Positions 10,980-26,867 of a stretch of DNA of 64,000 bases are shown piece by piece. Every line of letters starts with the position of its first letter. Position 1 is the stretch's first letter. The notes beneath the pieces were generated by a model. It did no database searches and had not been told where the DNA came from. It saw only the letters and a program-made list of their open reading frames with translations. The position numbers and the translations under genes are program-made. This DNA is from Octopus vulgaris (Eukaryota), in assembly GCA_951406725.2 (NCBI GenBank), contig OX597815.1, positions 64,170,001 to 64,234,000 of the forward strand, read 5' to 3'.

Positions 10980-13900
10980 TCTTAAGGTCTACTTCTAGAA
11001 ATTCAGTGTTCTTCCTTTTCCTTGTATATGTGGTTTCGACTTCTTGTAGCGGTGTTGGAACCTGAAAAGTGTTATATAGCCAATCTTTCTACTCTTGTTG
11101 ATTCCTTTTCTATGACTCTTTCCTTAAGCTGATTTCTATATCTCCTTTCCATTCCATTTCTGCTTCTTACGCCATACATCATTCTTCCTGTGTATGTTAC
11201 AATTTTTCCTTTTTCCTAGTATTGCTGACCATTTTTGTACATTCTTACATATACCTTATCACCGATTCTAAAGAATGTTGGCATGTCTGTACTAGCACGT
11301 ATATTTTTCTTCACTGGTATCAGTTAATCATATATTGACTTCACCTTTCTGGCAAACATTAATTCTGCTGGTGAACTTCCTTCTGGCGCATTTGGGTTCG
11401 GAGTTACCCAGTATACCTCTAAGAATTGTTGGATCGCGATCTCATCCGTGGCTTCCTTATTAGCTTTATTTAAGGCTTTCTTAAAAGTGTCCACGAACCG
11501 TTCAGCCTTTCCATTCGATCTAGGATATAAGGTGCTATAGTTTTATATTCTAACGTGATCATCTCGTAGAATCTTTTAAACTCACAGGATACAAACTGAG
11601 TTCCGTTTTCAGGGACAATTATATCCAGTACACCAAATCTTGCGAACAGCTCGTGTAAGAAGTTTATAACCGTATATGAGATTGGTCGTTTACACCTCGA
11701 AACCTCAGGCCATTTTCTGTAGCTGTCCACCCTACCATTTACCGGGCCTGCAAAATCAATATGCAATTGGGACCATAGTATTTTCACTTCCGGCCAAGGT
11801 TCTCATGTTGTAGTACGTAGTTTCGCTGCCAGTGTACATCCTCTGCAGCCTTTTACCAGGCTTTCAACTTCCCTGTCCATGCTTGGCCAGTATACGAAAC
11901 TTCGCATCAGCGCTTTCATTCTAGAAATGCCTGGGTATCCTACATGAAACTCTTTTAGCATTCTCTTCTGTAATGTTTGTGGTATGACCACCCTCTCAGC
12001 GTACATTAGCACACCATCACATAAAGAGTACACGCTCATATCTTGGCAGATATTTGCATTAGACCTTTCTTTATTTCCTTTTGTGGACCACAGTTTTTTT
12101 TGTCTCATTAAAAAATTTGTCATTACTCGCATTTCTTTTTATTTCTTCCAAAGTTACTGGTAGTCCATGTACGATGTTCTACATCCCTTTTTTGTTTCCA
12201 CAAAACGTAATAGCAGCGCTAAGAGCGGATCTTAGCGCTGCTATTACGTTTTCTTCACTGGTTCGTTATTTCTCGGAATTAACCTAGACAGACTATCGGC
12301 ATGCCCCAACATTTTTGAAGGCAGATATTCCATTTTATTATCGTAGTTTAATAGAATGGTACCCCACCATTCTATTAACAAGGCAGAAAGCTGGCACAAT
12401 TGTTAGCAAACAGGGCGAAATGCTTAGCGGTATTTCGTCTGCCGCTACCTTCTGAGTTAAAATTCCGCCGAGGTCGACTTTGCCTTTCATCCTTTCGGGG
12501 TCGATTAAATAAGTACCAATTACGCACTGGGGTCGATATAATCAACTTAATCCGTTTGTCTGTCCTTGTTTGTCCCCTCTGTGTTTGTCCCCTTGTGGGC
12601 AATAAAGAAATAAGAATGGTACCCCCCGCTGCAGTCTGTTTGCCGTATATATTGGGATTCCTTTCTTGGATCCGTATATCATTTTTAGTGGTCTATGGCC
12701 TGTCTGCAACCAAAAACGTCTGCCATGGATGACCTGTGGAACTTTTCACGCCACATATTATAACCAACACCTCTTTTTCAATCTGGCTATAGCTCTTTTC
12801 CACCGGCAATAATGTCCTTGATGAGTGAGCTATGACCTTTCTCCTGCCATCATTATCCTTGTGAAGGAGCACGGCTCCTATCCCATACTCGCTAGCGTCT
12901 GCAGCTAGTATTATCGCTAGCTTTGAGTCGAAACGCATAAGATATAAGTCTGAAGCTAACGCTTCTTTTAACTCGTTAAATGCTTTCTGGCATTTCTCTG
13001 TCAAAACCCATATGGCATTTCTTTTTTATTTTAGTAATTCATTAAGTGGTGCCTTTACCTCATGTATATTTGGGATATATACTTGGTAATAATTTACCAA
13101 GCCTAGGAATGCTTGTAGCTCTGACACATTCGTCGGGGACGGCATATTTCGTATTGCCGTCGCCCTTGATGAGTACAGTCTGCGTCCACTTTCGTCGATT
13201 ACTTGACCTAGGTATTTTATTTTTCTCATCAAAAATTCGCATTTTTCTTCTGTCAATTTTAGTCCGTATTCATTTATTCTGGCTCTTTATCAAAATGTCA
13301 TCGAGGTAAGCGATGGTACGGCTCTGAGAGGTCTAACTTCCAGAACATTTTCCCTCCGTTTAGTATAGCAAATACTTATTCTGTGAGTAAGCAGTTGTTT
13401 AATCCGGCTGAGAAGTCTGCACACACTCTTAGCTTATTATTAATTTGTTTTACGTAGACCGCCGGTGTTGCCCAGTCTGCATTGTCAATCTTTTCAATTA
13501 TATTCAAGCCTTCCGACTTTTCTAGCTCCATTTAGGCCTGAAAATAGGCGTTGAATTTTCTTTGATAGCATTCCTTGCTTTTCATTTTGTGCAGCAGCCT
13601 CAACCTTCCGAAAAAACTTTTGGGAAAGTTTCTTACATTTTATTTATTTATTTATTCATTTATTTATTTTGTCTGTTTATCGACCTCATTCGATCATTTG
13701 ACTGCTCCGTTTGCGTTATTGCACAAAAGGCTTATGTGTGTATCCCATAAATTAAATTTCTCCATACATTCGATGTCAAATAAATTCATAGATTTTTTTC
13801 AATATATAACCAAGTCACTTCTTTAGTTCGACCTTTGAACATTATATTACAAACGCGTTCGCCCGTGAAATATAATTTTCTTCCCCGTAACACCATACTC

Positions 13901-14815
13901 TATTTTATTTGCACTACATAATTTTGGTTTACCTATTTGTCTCCATGTTTTCTCATTTATGATTGTGATATCACTTCCCGGGTCTAATTGCATTCTGACA
14001 CTAGTGGTTTCGATTCTCACATTCACGAATTTTCTGTTTGTTGTAGTCACAACTTTTCCTGCTGACAAGCTATTTATTTTTTCTTGTTTGTTCTATTTTC
14101 CTATCATTCTAGTTTTGCAGTGCGATATGTCCTATATACCCGCATCGAAACTACTTTGCTTTTTTATACGGACGATCTTTTTTGAGGTGCATCCCACCAC
14201 ATGCGATACATGGGTCTACATCTACATATTTTTTTCTGTTTTTCTTGCAACACTTTATTAGTCTTCCGACATTTTTGCACTAGTCTTATGTGAAAACACT
14301 CTTTCCATTGAAATTCTTCCGTGTCATACTTTAATTTTAATATCATGTCACACTCTTCCGACAGTTTCTGCACTGTCAAATCCTCGTTCATTTCCAGTTT
14401 TGCTAGAATTTTCGTTTGGATTTCTGCATCCCTTTTATCACTCAATCCTTGTGCAAAAATCAAACACTTGAAAGAATCCGGAGTAAGCCTAAATATTTCA
14501 CATTCTTTGTTGACTCTGCCTGTGTAAGTAGTGACATCTTCGCTCTTTTCTATGTTTAAGCATTTCCGTCTAGTATTAAACAGTGAGCTCTTTTCATTAA
14601 GCATTTTGCACAGAATGTCAACTGTGTCGATGAAATTTATGTCGGACGCTTTTTCTTTTGGCAATATGAAGTTACAATACTTCTCATGCTCTGCTGTCGC
14701 TAGTTTTCTTATAACTAGACGCGGTTTTATTTCGTCCGTCCAATCCTGACATTCTTTCTCAAAAATTTGTTGACATCTTCGAAACACTCGAAGGTTACTC
14801 CTTAAACATCGATCT
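10980..14815 (-). mobile_element. Decayed Ty3/Gypsy retrotransposon gag-pol (no LTRs seen)
   Basis: Minus-strand order: gag-like (14164-14826), protease 'MQLDPGSDITII' (13847-14068), RT 'KCEFLMRKIKYLGQVI..LQAFLGLVNYY', RNase H 'AADASEYGIGAVL..YSQIEKE', integrase Zn region 'FHVGYPGISRMK..YWP..CRGC', rve 'WSQLHIDFAGP'. PR-RT-RH-INT is the Gypsy order; many frameshifts. Confidence 0.92.
12379..12612 (+). mobile_element. SINE family A inserted in Gypsy pol with a 13-bp TSD
   Basis: agaatggtacccc at 12353-12365 and 12613-12625 flanks a near full-length copy. Confidence 0.9.
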
Positions 14816-15237
14816 ACTTGTTTCAATCATTTGACTGCAGTCATGTTGGAGTACCGCCTTGAAGAGTCTTTGGTGAACAAATCGACTTATTTTTGAAGCC
14901 TTGTACTAATTCTATCGGTCTCTTTTGCCGAACTGCTAAGTTACAGGAAAGTAAACACACCAACACCGGTTGTCAAGCGGTGTTGGGGACAAGCACAGCC
15001 ACGCACACACACACATACACACAAACACACACACATACACGCACACGCACACACAGGCACTGATATACACATACACGACGAGCTTCTCTCAGTTTGCGCT
15101 TATCAGATCGATTGAGAAGGCTTTGGTCACACTGAGGCTATAGCAGGAGATACTTCTTTGCTCAAGGTGCCAGGCAGTGTCACTGAACCCGAAACCATAT
15201 GGTTGGGAAGTAAATTTCTTACTACACGGCAACACCT
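14815..15237 (-). mobile_element. SINE family B, near full length
   Basis: tttcaatcatttgactgcag...ctatcggtctcttttgccgaac...(CA)n...ctcaaggtgccaggcagtgtcactgaacccgaaaccatatggttgg. Confidence 0.85.
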
Positions 15238-15554
15238 TCATTGAATGCAACGAAAGCGTCAGTTAATATCAAAGGAAGACAACTTCTCTTCTCAAACTAG
15301 GAATATTGCCTTTGCCTTGGTCTCTTCTCTCTGCCCTGTAACGTATATTTTCTCTCTCACTTCTGCACTTGACTTCATATGCACCTACTTCTCCTTTTTT
15401 AACAAGCTAATATACACCATACCTAATTTGAATATATATTGTTTCATCATCAGGTTGATGCCTCTCCCAGAGAAAAATGTCTTGAAAAACCAAATTAAGT
15501 GGCAAGCAAAACTGAAATTCCGAAATTGCTGTCAAACTTTTCTTTGTAAAAGTT

Positions 15555-18870
<3,316 letters not shown>

Positions 18871-18967
18871 CTATATTAGGCAATGCACAAAAAGACGAAG
18901 ACCAATCGATCGGAATAGATTTAGACCACTGTTGTTTTGGTTTAAAGTTTAAAAGGAAGAGAATGTT

Positions 18968-19003
18968 TCTTGACGTTTCGGACCTGAGTCCTTCATCAGT
19001 AAT
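18968..19003 (-). ncRNA. Minimal hammerhead ribozyme motif, canonical core
   Basis: Minus strand: tta CTGATGA A GGAC tcag GTCC GAAA CG TC aaga; stem I weak or truncated. Confidence 0.7.
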
Positions 19004-19459
19004 GTGAAAATAAAAGTATATATATATATGTATTTATATGTAATACTTATAGGTGTCCTTATATTTATAGATATTGATAGAAATATATGCATATATAAAC
19101 ACAAACACACATACACACATATATATATGGCATTTTTCATACATATAAATATATATGTGTATGTTTGTGCTTCTTTCAGTCTGTATCTGCGTGTGTTTAT
19201 GCATGGATATATATTGCGAGTGTTGCAAACTCTAATGCACCACAATGTCCTGTAGTTTAATTGTCTGTTTGAAAGTTCTAGCAGCACAACACATTCCACT
19301 CAATGAACTGCAAATAGTCACTACGAAGAATGGTGTTTTGCAATACATACAACAAAGATCAAAATTTCGTCTTATGTAGTATTAAGTTCTGGCTTTAATG
19401 ATGTAATCATTGTTATTACTCAAGTCTTATCCTTACAGGACGTGCCACGCAGAAGATAT

Positions 19460-19950
19460 ATTAGATTGAAGACCATAATGAGGTGTAGTAATCCAGGTTA
19501 CTGAGCACAAATGTTCACCAGAGGGTTAACACGGTTTCCTTTCTCCGTGTCCTGAATGATTTCAGAATCTAACCAGTCAAACGCCTGCTCACTGCGGCAA
19601 TCTTTGTAATATGCACACGGAACGTTGCATCGGTACTAATATAGATTCCCAAGTCACGCACACACGGGATTGCAATATTTCCTGTACCATCTGATTGCGG
19701 TCTGTTTATGGATTGATAGCGGCGTGCTTGAAACTTAGTCGACTTTGAACCCTATGTTGATTTGAGCAACCAAAATGTAAATTCCAGTCTTTCCGTAGTT
19801 TTGAGTCTTTGATTGTTTTTAATATTTTTGTACCATCAGTACAACTGATGAGTGTGGCTGGCTTTATGCCTGAGCGCGTGTCTGACGGGGCTGACACAAA
19901 TAGTAGTGGTCCCGGTATATTTCCTGTGAGACTTCACTGAGAATTGACGT
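19460..19950 (-). pseudogene. CR1/L2-group LINE reverse transcriptase fragment
   Basis: Degenerate 'PGPLLFV..SD..TLISCTDGTKILKTI' (YADDTK equivalent) and 'CVRDLGIYISTDATFRVHITKI..RRLTG*ILKSFRTR..TFVLSNLDYYTSLWS'. Confidence 0.8.
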
Positions 19951-20199
19951 CTTCTAAGACAGAGCAGCATTGACTGAAACCGTCTGACTCCTATCTTTTA
20001 AAAAATCCACCTAGTCATTCTCTTAGTTTTCCAACGATATCAAGGTCACGTAGTTTGTGACATTTCATCCTTTGATCGACTTCGTAAGATCACAGTTATG
20101 ATGTCACATCCATCACAGTCGCTATATGTCAAGAAGAAGGGGATGAGGAAGAGGAGGTGGTGATGGTGGAGGAGGAGGAGGAGGAGGAGGAAGAATCTC

Positions 20200-20319
20200 T
20201 TGTATTATAGTCCACTCAAGTCTCGGGTCAACCGAAGCATTGTGAGTGGATTTGGTCGACAGAAACTAAAAGATACATGTTGCGTACATACACACGCACA
20301 CACACACACGCACACACAC

Positions 20320-20391
<72 letters not shown>

Positions 20392-20964
20392 ACAAACACA
20401 GAGTTCTCGAATTATTTCATTTCGAATATTCTCTCCTAATGATATTCCTAGAATGAATCTATCCATGGCCCTTTGTGCCAGCATCCATATCTCGGCGCAT
20501 GCTCACTGTGTGCCCTAAGTAGACGCACTCCTTTCCCTCCTCGATTTCGTCGCCTCCCGGCTCTTTTCGGCCTTGTGCAACGTCTACCGTCTGCCTATAT
20601 TTTGTATTCAAGTGTTTCATTTCAAGGCCTACTGTTAATTTATAAGGCTCCAGCTTTGTCAGCCTGATTTGCAGCTCGTCTGTGATTTCAGCGAGGAGAA
20701 CGGAGTGAATTGAGCGAGGTGAGCGATGTGATCGCAAAATCCCGAGAGTATAAGTACCACTGAGCCGAATATGTCACAACGCTCACAGACAAGTGGCCCC
20801 GCATAGTTGCCAAGTAGTATCCAAAAGAACGGAAAGGCCTCCACGGTGGTGGAAAACGGTTTAGCTAAGCGTTTTAGATCAAGATGGAAAACAATGACCC
20901 AATCAAGACAAAACTGGCAGTGTACAATAGCATCTTACGGTCAGGTTGATACGCTGATATGGTT

Positions 20965-20995
<31 letters not shown>

Positions 20996-21245
20996 CGTGT
21001 GTGTGTGTGCGCGTGTGTATGTGTGTGTGTGTGTATTTGTCTATATTTGTTCCCCAACACCGCTTCATAATAATTGTTAGTGTTTACGACCCCCATAACT
21101 TAGCGGGTCAGTAAAACACACTGATAGAATAAGTACTATGTTTGAAATAAATAAGTACTGGGGTCGATTCATTCAACTAAAATTCTTCAAGGTGATGCCC
21201 CTGCATGGTCGTAGTCTCATGTGTGCAACAAGTAAATGCTAAAAG
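20200..21245 (+). mobile_element. SINE family B split at its internal microsatellite by about 560 bp that includes an RTE-like RT fragment (20459-20710, minus)
   Basis: SINE 5' part at 20200-20285 and 3' part at 21040-21245; the insert encodes VLLAEITDELQIRL..VGLEM..NTKY..EIEEGKECVYLGHTVS. Confidence 0.65.
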
Positions 21246-21270
21246 ATAGATAATTATAATATTAATATGT

Positions 21271-21494
21271 TGTTATATTTCGGGACGGTCATTTTTTAGT
21301 CCATTCTGGATTAAACAGAACAGGAGTAGACACGTGGGATGGATGAGTCACTGAAGAGGTCGCAGGTGTGTGACGAAAGATTTCCATACAATAGACGTAT
21401 GATAAAATAAAAACAATAATAAACGAGTGAAGAACGAATATATAGTGCGTGTGTTTATTTGGCAAGAAAAAAATGACCACCCCGAAATATAACA
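21271..21494. mobile_element. TGT...ACA terminal-inverted-repeat element with a 6-bp flanking direct repeat and an internal HHR motif (21347-21384, +)
   Basis: tgttatatttcgggacggtcattttt / aaaaatgaccaccccgaaatataaca; atatgt on both flanks; gtca CTGAAGA G GTCGCA ggtg TGTGAC GAAA GATT TC. Confidence 0.7.
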
Positions 21495-22921
21495 ATATGT
21501 TTCAACAAACGACTTCACATTAGGAATCTCGCAAACAAATTTGTAAATGCAATATACATATTCATTTATGTCTATACAAATAAATATATACATACAAAAA
21601 CACATATTACACACATACACTAAGTATTTCAAAAATAATTCAATGCTACAAATATATATTTCTTTTTCTCCTCGTGAGAGTTTGTCAGGCTTTAAAATAA
21701 CATTATCAATTATCCGTATATATATATATAAGGAGAGAGAAAGAGAGTGAAAGAGAGAGTTGTAACAAATATCTAATACTCAAGTAACAATACAAATCCA
21801 AGCTTGAATGTAAGAACGAAGTACTTAGTTGTAAAATAAGATGAGTTCTGTATTATTAAAGGCAAACACTACTCGGCTAATACACACATCGTAAAAGCCT
21901 TGTGAGGTTTCTCAGGTGGAGACGCATCTTAGGTTCAGGTTTTGCAATGTTAAAGTTTTATTGGCCAGTTATAAATGAAGTTTGCCTGTTTTGAAATAAG
22001 ACTTAAAATTTATTGTTTGAAATATATGTGGAGAACGTTTCTTTGGAAGAAAGAAAATAAAAGATTTATAACATATTTTAAATTATATGGAAAGTATGTG
22101 GCTGTAGTAGGTGAATTTTACAAAAACAAAAACAGAACAACTCATTTGGAGGACTTTATTTATGCAAAGATAAAAAAGAAATTGTAATCTATTTTTTAAA
22201 GGATTTCAATATCTGTCACTCAATTTCTATCATATGAACACCCTCATGTTCTCTCTCATTTTTCTCTCTCCCACCCCACCTCTCTCACTGTGTCTTGGAA
22301 ACATAATTCATGCACAGATACACTTTCGTACATAAGTTGACCAAACAAGATGTACCTATGTAGATATGAAAAATCTTTGTTAGATGTATGTATATAGAAA
22401 ACACAGTTTATATGCATAAATTCTGTTGGATGGTCACGGCAAACATTGTGTTTTACTCTAGGTAACAGAGATTTTCAAAAAGTCAAAGCATTGGTTGATG
22501 TGTGGTGAAGATAAGAGAGTACGCTATTAAAAGCATTCCTCTAACTATCAGTATAGTACATTATAGGTTTTAAAGTTTCTGAAAGTTTTCTTTAAGTTAT
22601 GTCCGCAGGAAAAGATTATTTTCCAATGTCTATTTATATGAGTGTTCTTTTCATCAAATATGATTTCGTAGGTGTCTGTAGCGCATAAATTATGCTTTGT
22701 TCCCCTTATATAATCTAGCATTCGTAATTATATTCCATTACATATTTTATAGTTAATTTTTGTTTTACACTTCTCATATAAATGAGAATAATGAGCTGTC
22801 TTTATTTCTAGCTTTGTTACGAAAAAATGTGTGTGTTGGTTATAGCGATGTTTGAATTGATGTTTGAATTGTACATACATACATACATACATACATACAT
22901 ACATACATACATGCGTATGTA

Positions 22922-22965
<44 letters not shown>

Positions 22966-23011
22966 TACACACGCATATACATACATACATACATACATAC
23001 ATGCGTATGTA

Positions 23012-23055
<44 letters not shown>

Positions 23056-23402
23056 TACACACGCATATACGCTTACATATATATAGTGAGTTAGAGTGAG
23101 GAGAGATAGATTAGTTTTTATTGTGCATTGGTATGTTATGTAATTAAGAAGCTTCCCTTTAATGAACATATGGTACTGCTTATGGAGTTGTAGTTACTAT
23201 TGGTTGTATTGATATTTCAATGAGTTTGAAGAATTTTAAAGAAATTTATGTTTACAATGTTTGCTGTGGTAGAATTCATGAATTTGATTATGTTTGTACC
23301 GAATATTTGGCGGTGTTTATAGAGAAAATGGAGGTATTTAGCAAATAAGTTTTGAAAAATATTTGCTATTGTGGTTCTTACTGCAATATTAGAGTGATGT
23401 TT

Positions 23403-23623
23403 AAGGCGGCGAGGTGGTAGAGTCGTTAGCACGCCGGGCAAAATGCTTAGTAGCATTTCAATGTCACTATATTCTGAGTTCAAATTCGGCAAGTCCACTT
23501 TGCCTTTCATCTGGTCGGGGTCGATAAAATAAGTATCATCTGAGCACTGGGGTCGATATAATTGACTTACCCGCCAACAACTGAAATTACTGGAGTCGTG
23601 CCAATAATTTAAAATCAGTATTA
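23403..23623 (+). mobile_element. SINE family A
   Basis: aaggcggcgaggtggtagagtcgttagcacgccgggc...ttgcctttcatctggtcggggtcgataaaataagta. Confidence 0.85.
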
Positions 23624-24099
23624 AAGTGATGTTAATATTAAGTTTTTTGTCTTCTTGAGGAAAATGGCGTCGCTTCAGATAATTATTGGGGAAAAGAAAC
23701 ACGTGTGAGATTAGAAACCATAATTTCGTCCACCAATAATTTTGCCATGACCTTCATTGTCTATATTGCTTACATGCATATATGCGCACACCAACACACA
23801 CACACGTATGTGTGTCTGTGCGTGCGTGCATGAGTGTGTGTGTATGTATATGTATGTATGTTTAAATATATGCGTGTATATTTATGTAGTGTATATATGT
23901 AAGTGTAGAAGTAAATATAGATGGATATGCATGCATAAGATATGATAGAGGCAATTATGCGGATAGGCAAATTAGATAATTAAATATATTAAGTATAATA
24001 GATATATCAAATATAATATTTTGGGTATGAAATATAAAATATATATATATTTGTGTACATGCAAAACGAGAGAAAGCAAAAGGTGGAGATCTTTAGACG

Positions 24100-24320
24100 A
24101 TGGATTTTTACGACAGAGAAACTTAAAGTGGTGGAAGAAAGCTGTTTCTGAGGGATTGGAGATCCATAATAATGTTGGAAGATGCAGTTCATCAGAATAT
24201 GCAGCCATAATGGATGCAATTAATGTTGGATAAGACAAGCTTCCGTCATCAGGGTAGAGAAGATCTTACAATTACGCATAAATATACGAATATGATTCAA
24301 AGACAGCGTCTAACAGGTCA
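24100..24320 (+). pseudogene. Highly decayed RTE-like RT fragment
   Basis: EKLKVVEESCF*G...NNVGRCSSSE resembles the 'EVV.EF.YLGS.I..G.CS.EI' region of RTE RTs. Confidence 0.4.
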
Positions 24321-24434
24321 AATGTTACTACTACTAATATTACTACTACAATATGCATTCAAACCACAGACATATATTATAAATATAGTTGTATATATAC
24401 ATATACGCACGTGCACGCACATACATACACATAC

Positions 24435-24481
<47 letters not shown>

Positions 24482-24580
24482 CGCGTGTGTGTGTGTGCGT
24501 GTGTGTATGCGTGTGTGTGTGTGTGTGTGTTAATTGCTGATAATGACAGTGTATTTCATTATGCAGCCATAATATATTAC

Positions 24581-25094
24581 CAAGTATATTAAAGGTTTTA
24601 TATGTCAATAGTGTGTTCTACCGTGATAGCTGTACAAGTCAATCAATTTTTAAAGTCATCTCAACAGATTTTCTAGAACTTCTAGAAATTATAGACAGCA
24701 CTGGAAATTAAGACGTTTCGTACACTAATACGTCCATGCAAACTATGTGATCGAAGATACAGAAACAGGTATTGGGTGTACATCCATATTTCAGGAGTTC
24801 TTGCTCTTACATCAGTACCACATCCAACCCTTTGACCATCTACGAATACATTGTTTAAATAGTCACTAAATTTAGCGGTGTAACACAGTTGGTTATACCA
24901 ATTTTACATATTAAACACATTCCTGGCAAGATGGTAGACCGTAAATATTAATCGCTGGTAGGGGCACTATATTTTGCTATCAAGTATATTAAAGGCTTTA
25001 TAAGTCAATATTGTGTCCTACTGTTTTAGCAGTGCAATTCAGTCACTTTTTAAACTTATCTCTACAGATTTTCAATAGAAATTATAGTCAGCAC
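24581..25094 (-). mobile_element. Partial tandem repeat unit (period 400 bp) with a decayed HHR 3' half
   Basis: 24581-24701 is similar to 24981-25094; GAAACGTC on the minus strand at 24712-24719, adjacent to the repeat. Confidence 0.5.
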
Positions 25095-25236
25095 GTTTGT
25101 TTGTTTGTATAGAGAGAAAAAGAGAGAGAAAATGAGAGGGAGACAGCTAATAATAGGAAGCTTACGAAAATGAAACCATACATAGAATTTAATAAAATCA
25201 AATACAATATAATATGTATATGTGTATGTATGTGTG

Positions 25237-25308
<72 letters not shown>

Positions 25309-25395
25309 ATATATATCTGTGTGTATTTAGACATAACACTCTCAATATACATAAATTTGTATTTTTGTGTGTGTATATGTATATGTACATGCACG

Positions 25396-25439
<44 letters not shown>

Positions 25440-25752
25440 AACATACATATATGTACTTATATATATATATATATAGTATAAAAATGTAGATGTGAATCTA
25501 AGGACATCATTGTTAATGTTGCGACGACGTTATCAATTTCCTGCGGACATGTCTGTGATGAATTATTCCTGCGTCTCTTTGTGTCTGGAGATTTCAAACA
25601 CATTTACATCACTAACGCATTCATAACAATATATTAATACATACATACATACACACGTGCATACATACATATATACATACATACATACATACATACATAT
25701 ACATACACACATACATACAAAGATAGATAAATAGATAGATAGACAGATGTAC

Positions 25753-25783
<31 letters not shown>

Positions 25784-26164
25784 TACTTATAGATACTTAT
25801 ACATATACATATATGCACTTATATTTATACACACATACACGTATATGCATGTATGTATATATATATATACACACATATACATATATATATATATACATAC
25901 ATATATACATATATTTATATAATACACATATACATGCATATATATATGTGTGTGTGTATATATATTTATATGTATGTGTGTATATATAGTTAGATAGATA
26001 GAATGATAGATAGATATGCTGCCAGTGAACTATAAATCCGGAAAAGAAGCACACTCTAAGTTATAGAGCAGTAGTGTATGTATATATATATGTGTGTGTG
26101 TGTGTGTGTATGTGTGTGTGTGTGTACGTGTACGTGTACGTATGTATGTATACACACACAAGAG

Positions 26165-26460
26165 TGAAGGTGCATTGTTCAGTGGTTATAGCGTCCGATT
26201 TTTAATTCTATTCCCGTATCGGGCTGTATGTTGCGTTCTTGAACAAGACACTTTATTTCACGTTCCTCCAGTTCACTCAGCCGTAGAAATGACTTGCAAT
26301 GTTACTGTTGCCAAGGTGTATCCTCTCTGCCTTTCCCTTGAGCAACATCGGTGGAACGGGGTATGGGAGACTGGTATGCATGGGCGACCGCTGGGCTTTC
26401 ACAAACAACCTTGCCGGAAGGGAACTTTCTCGATGCAGTCCCATGGTTATTTAAAGCAAG
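26165..26460 (+). mobile_element. tRNA/CORE-like SINE related to family C; followed by a family A fragment (26465-26580, minus)
   Basis: ttgttcagtggttatagcgt...gttcttgaacaagacactttatttcacgttcctccagttcactcagc. Confidence 0.65.
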
Positions 26461-26772
26461 TTTACATGAAAGCGTTAGTCGGTTACATCGGCCCTGGTAT
26501 TTAACTGGTACCTTATTTCATCGACCCCGAAAGGATAAAAGGCAAATTTGATTTCGGAGATGTTGGAACCCAGATCCTGGGCGTTAAGGCCGCTTATTTT
26601 GCTGGTTTGAGGTGTAGATTTGAAATAACAATAACCGAATGATAACATTAAACAGAGAGTGTATACAGCAATGAATATGTTTGGGATCCAACAAATTTTA
26701 ACAACGGTAACAGTTTGATAAAACTGTTTATGCTTATCATAAGCAGCTTCAATATATGTATATGTATATATG

Positions 26773-26867
<95 letters not shown>

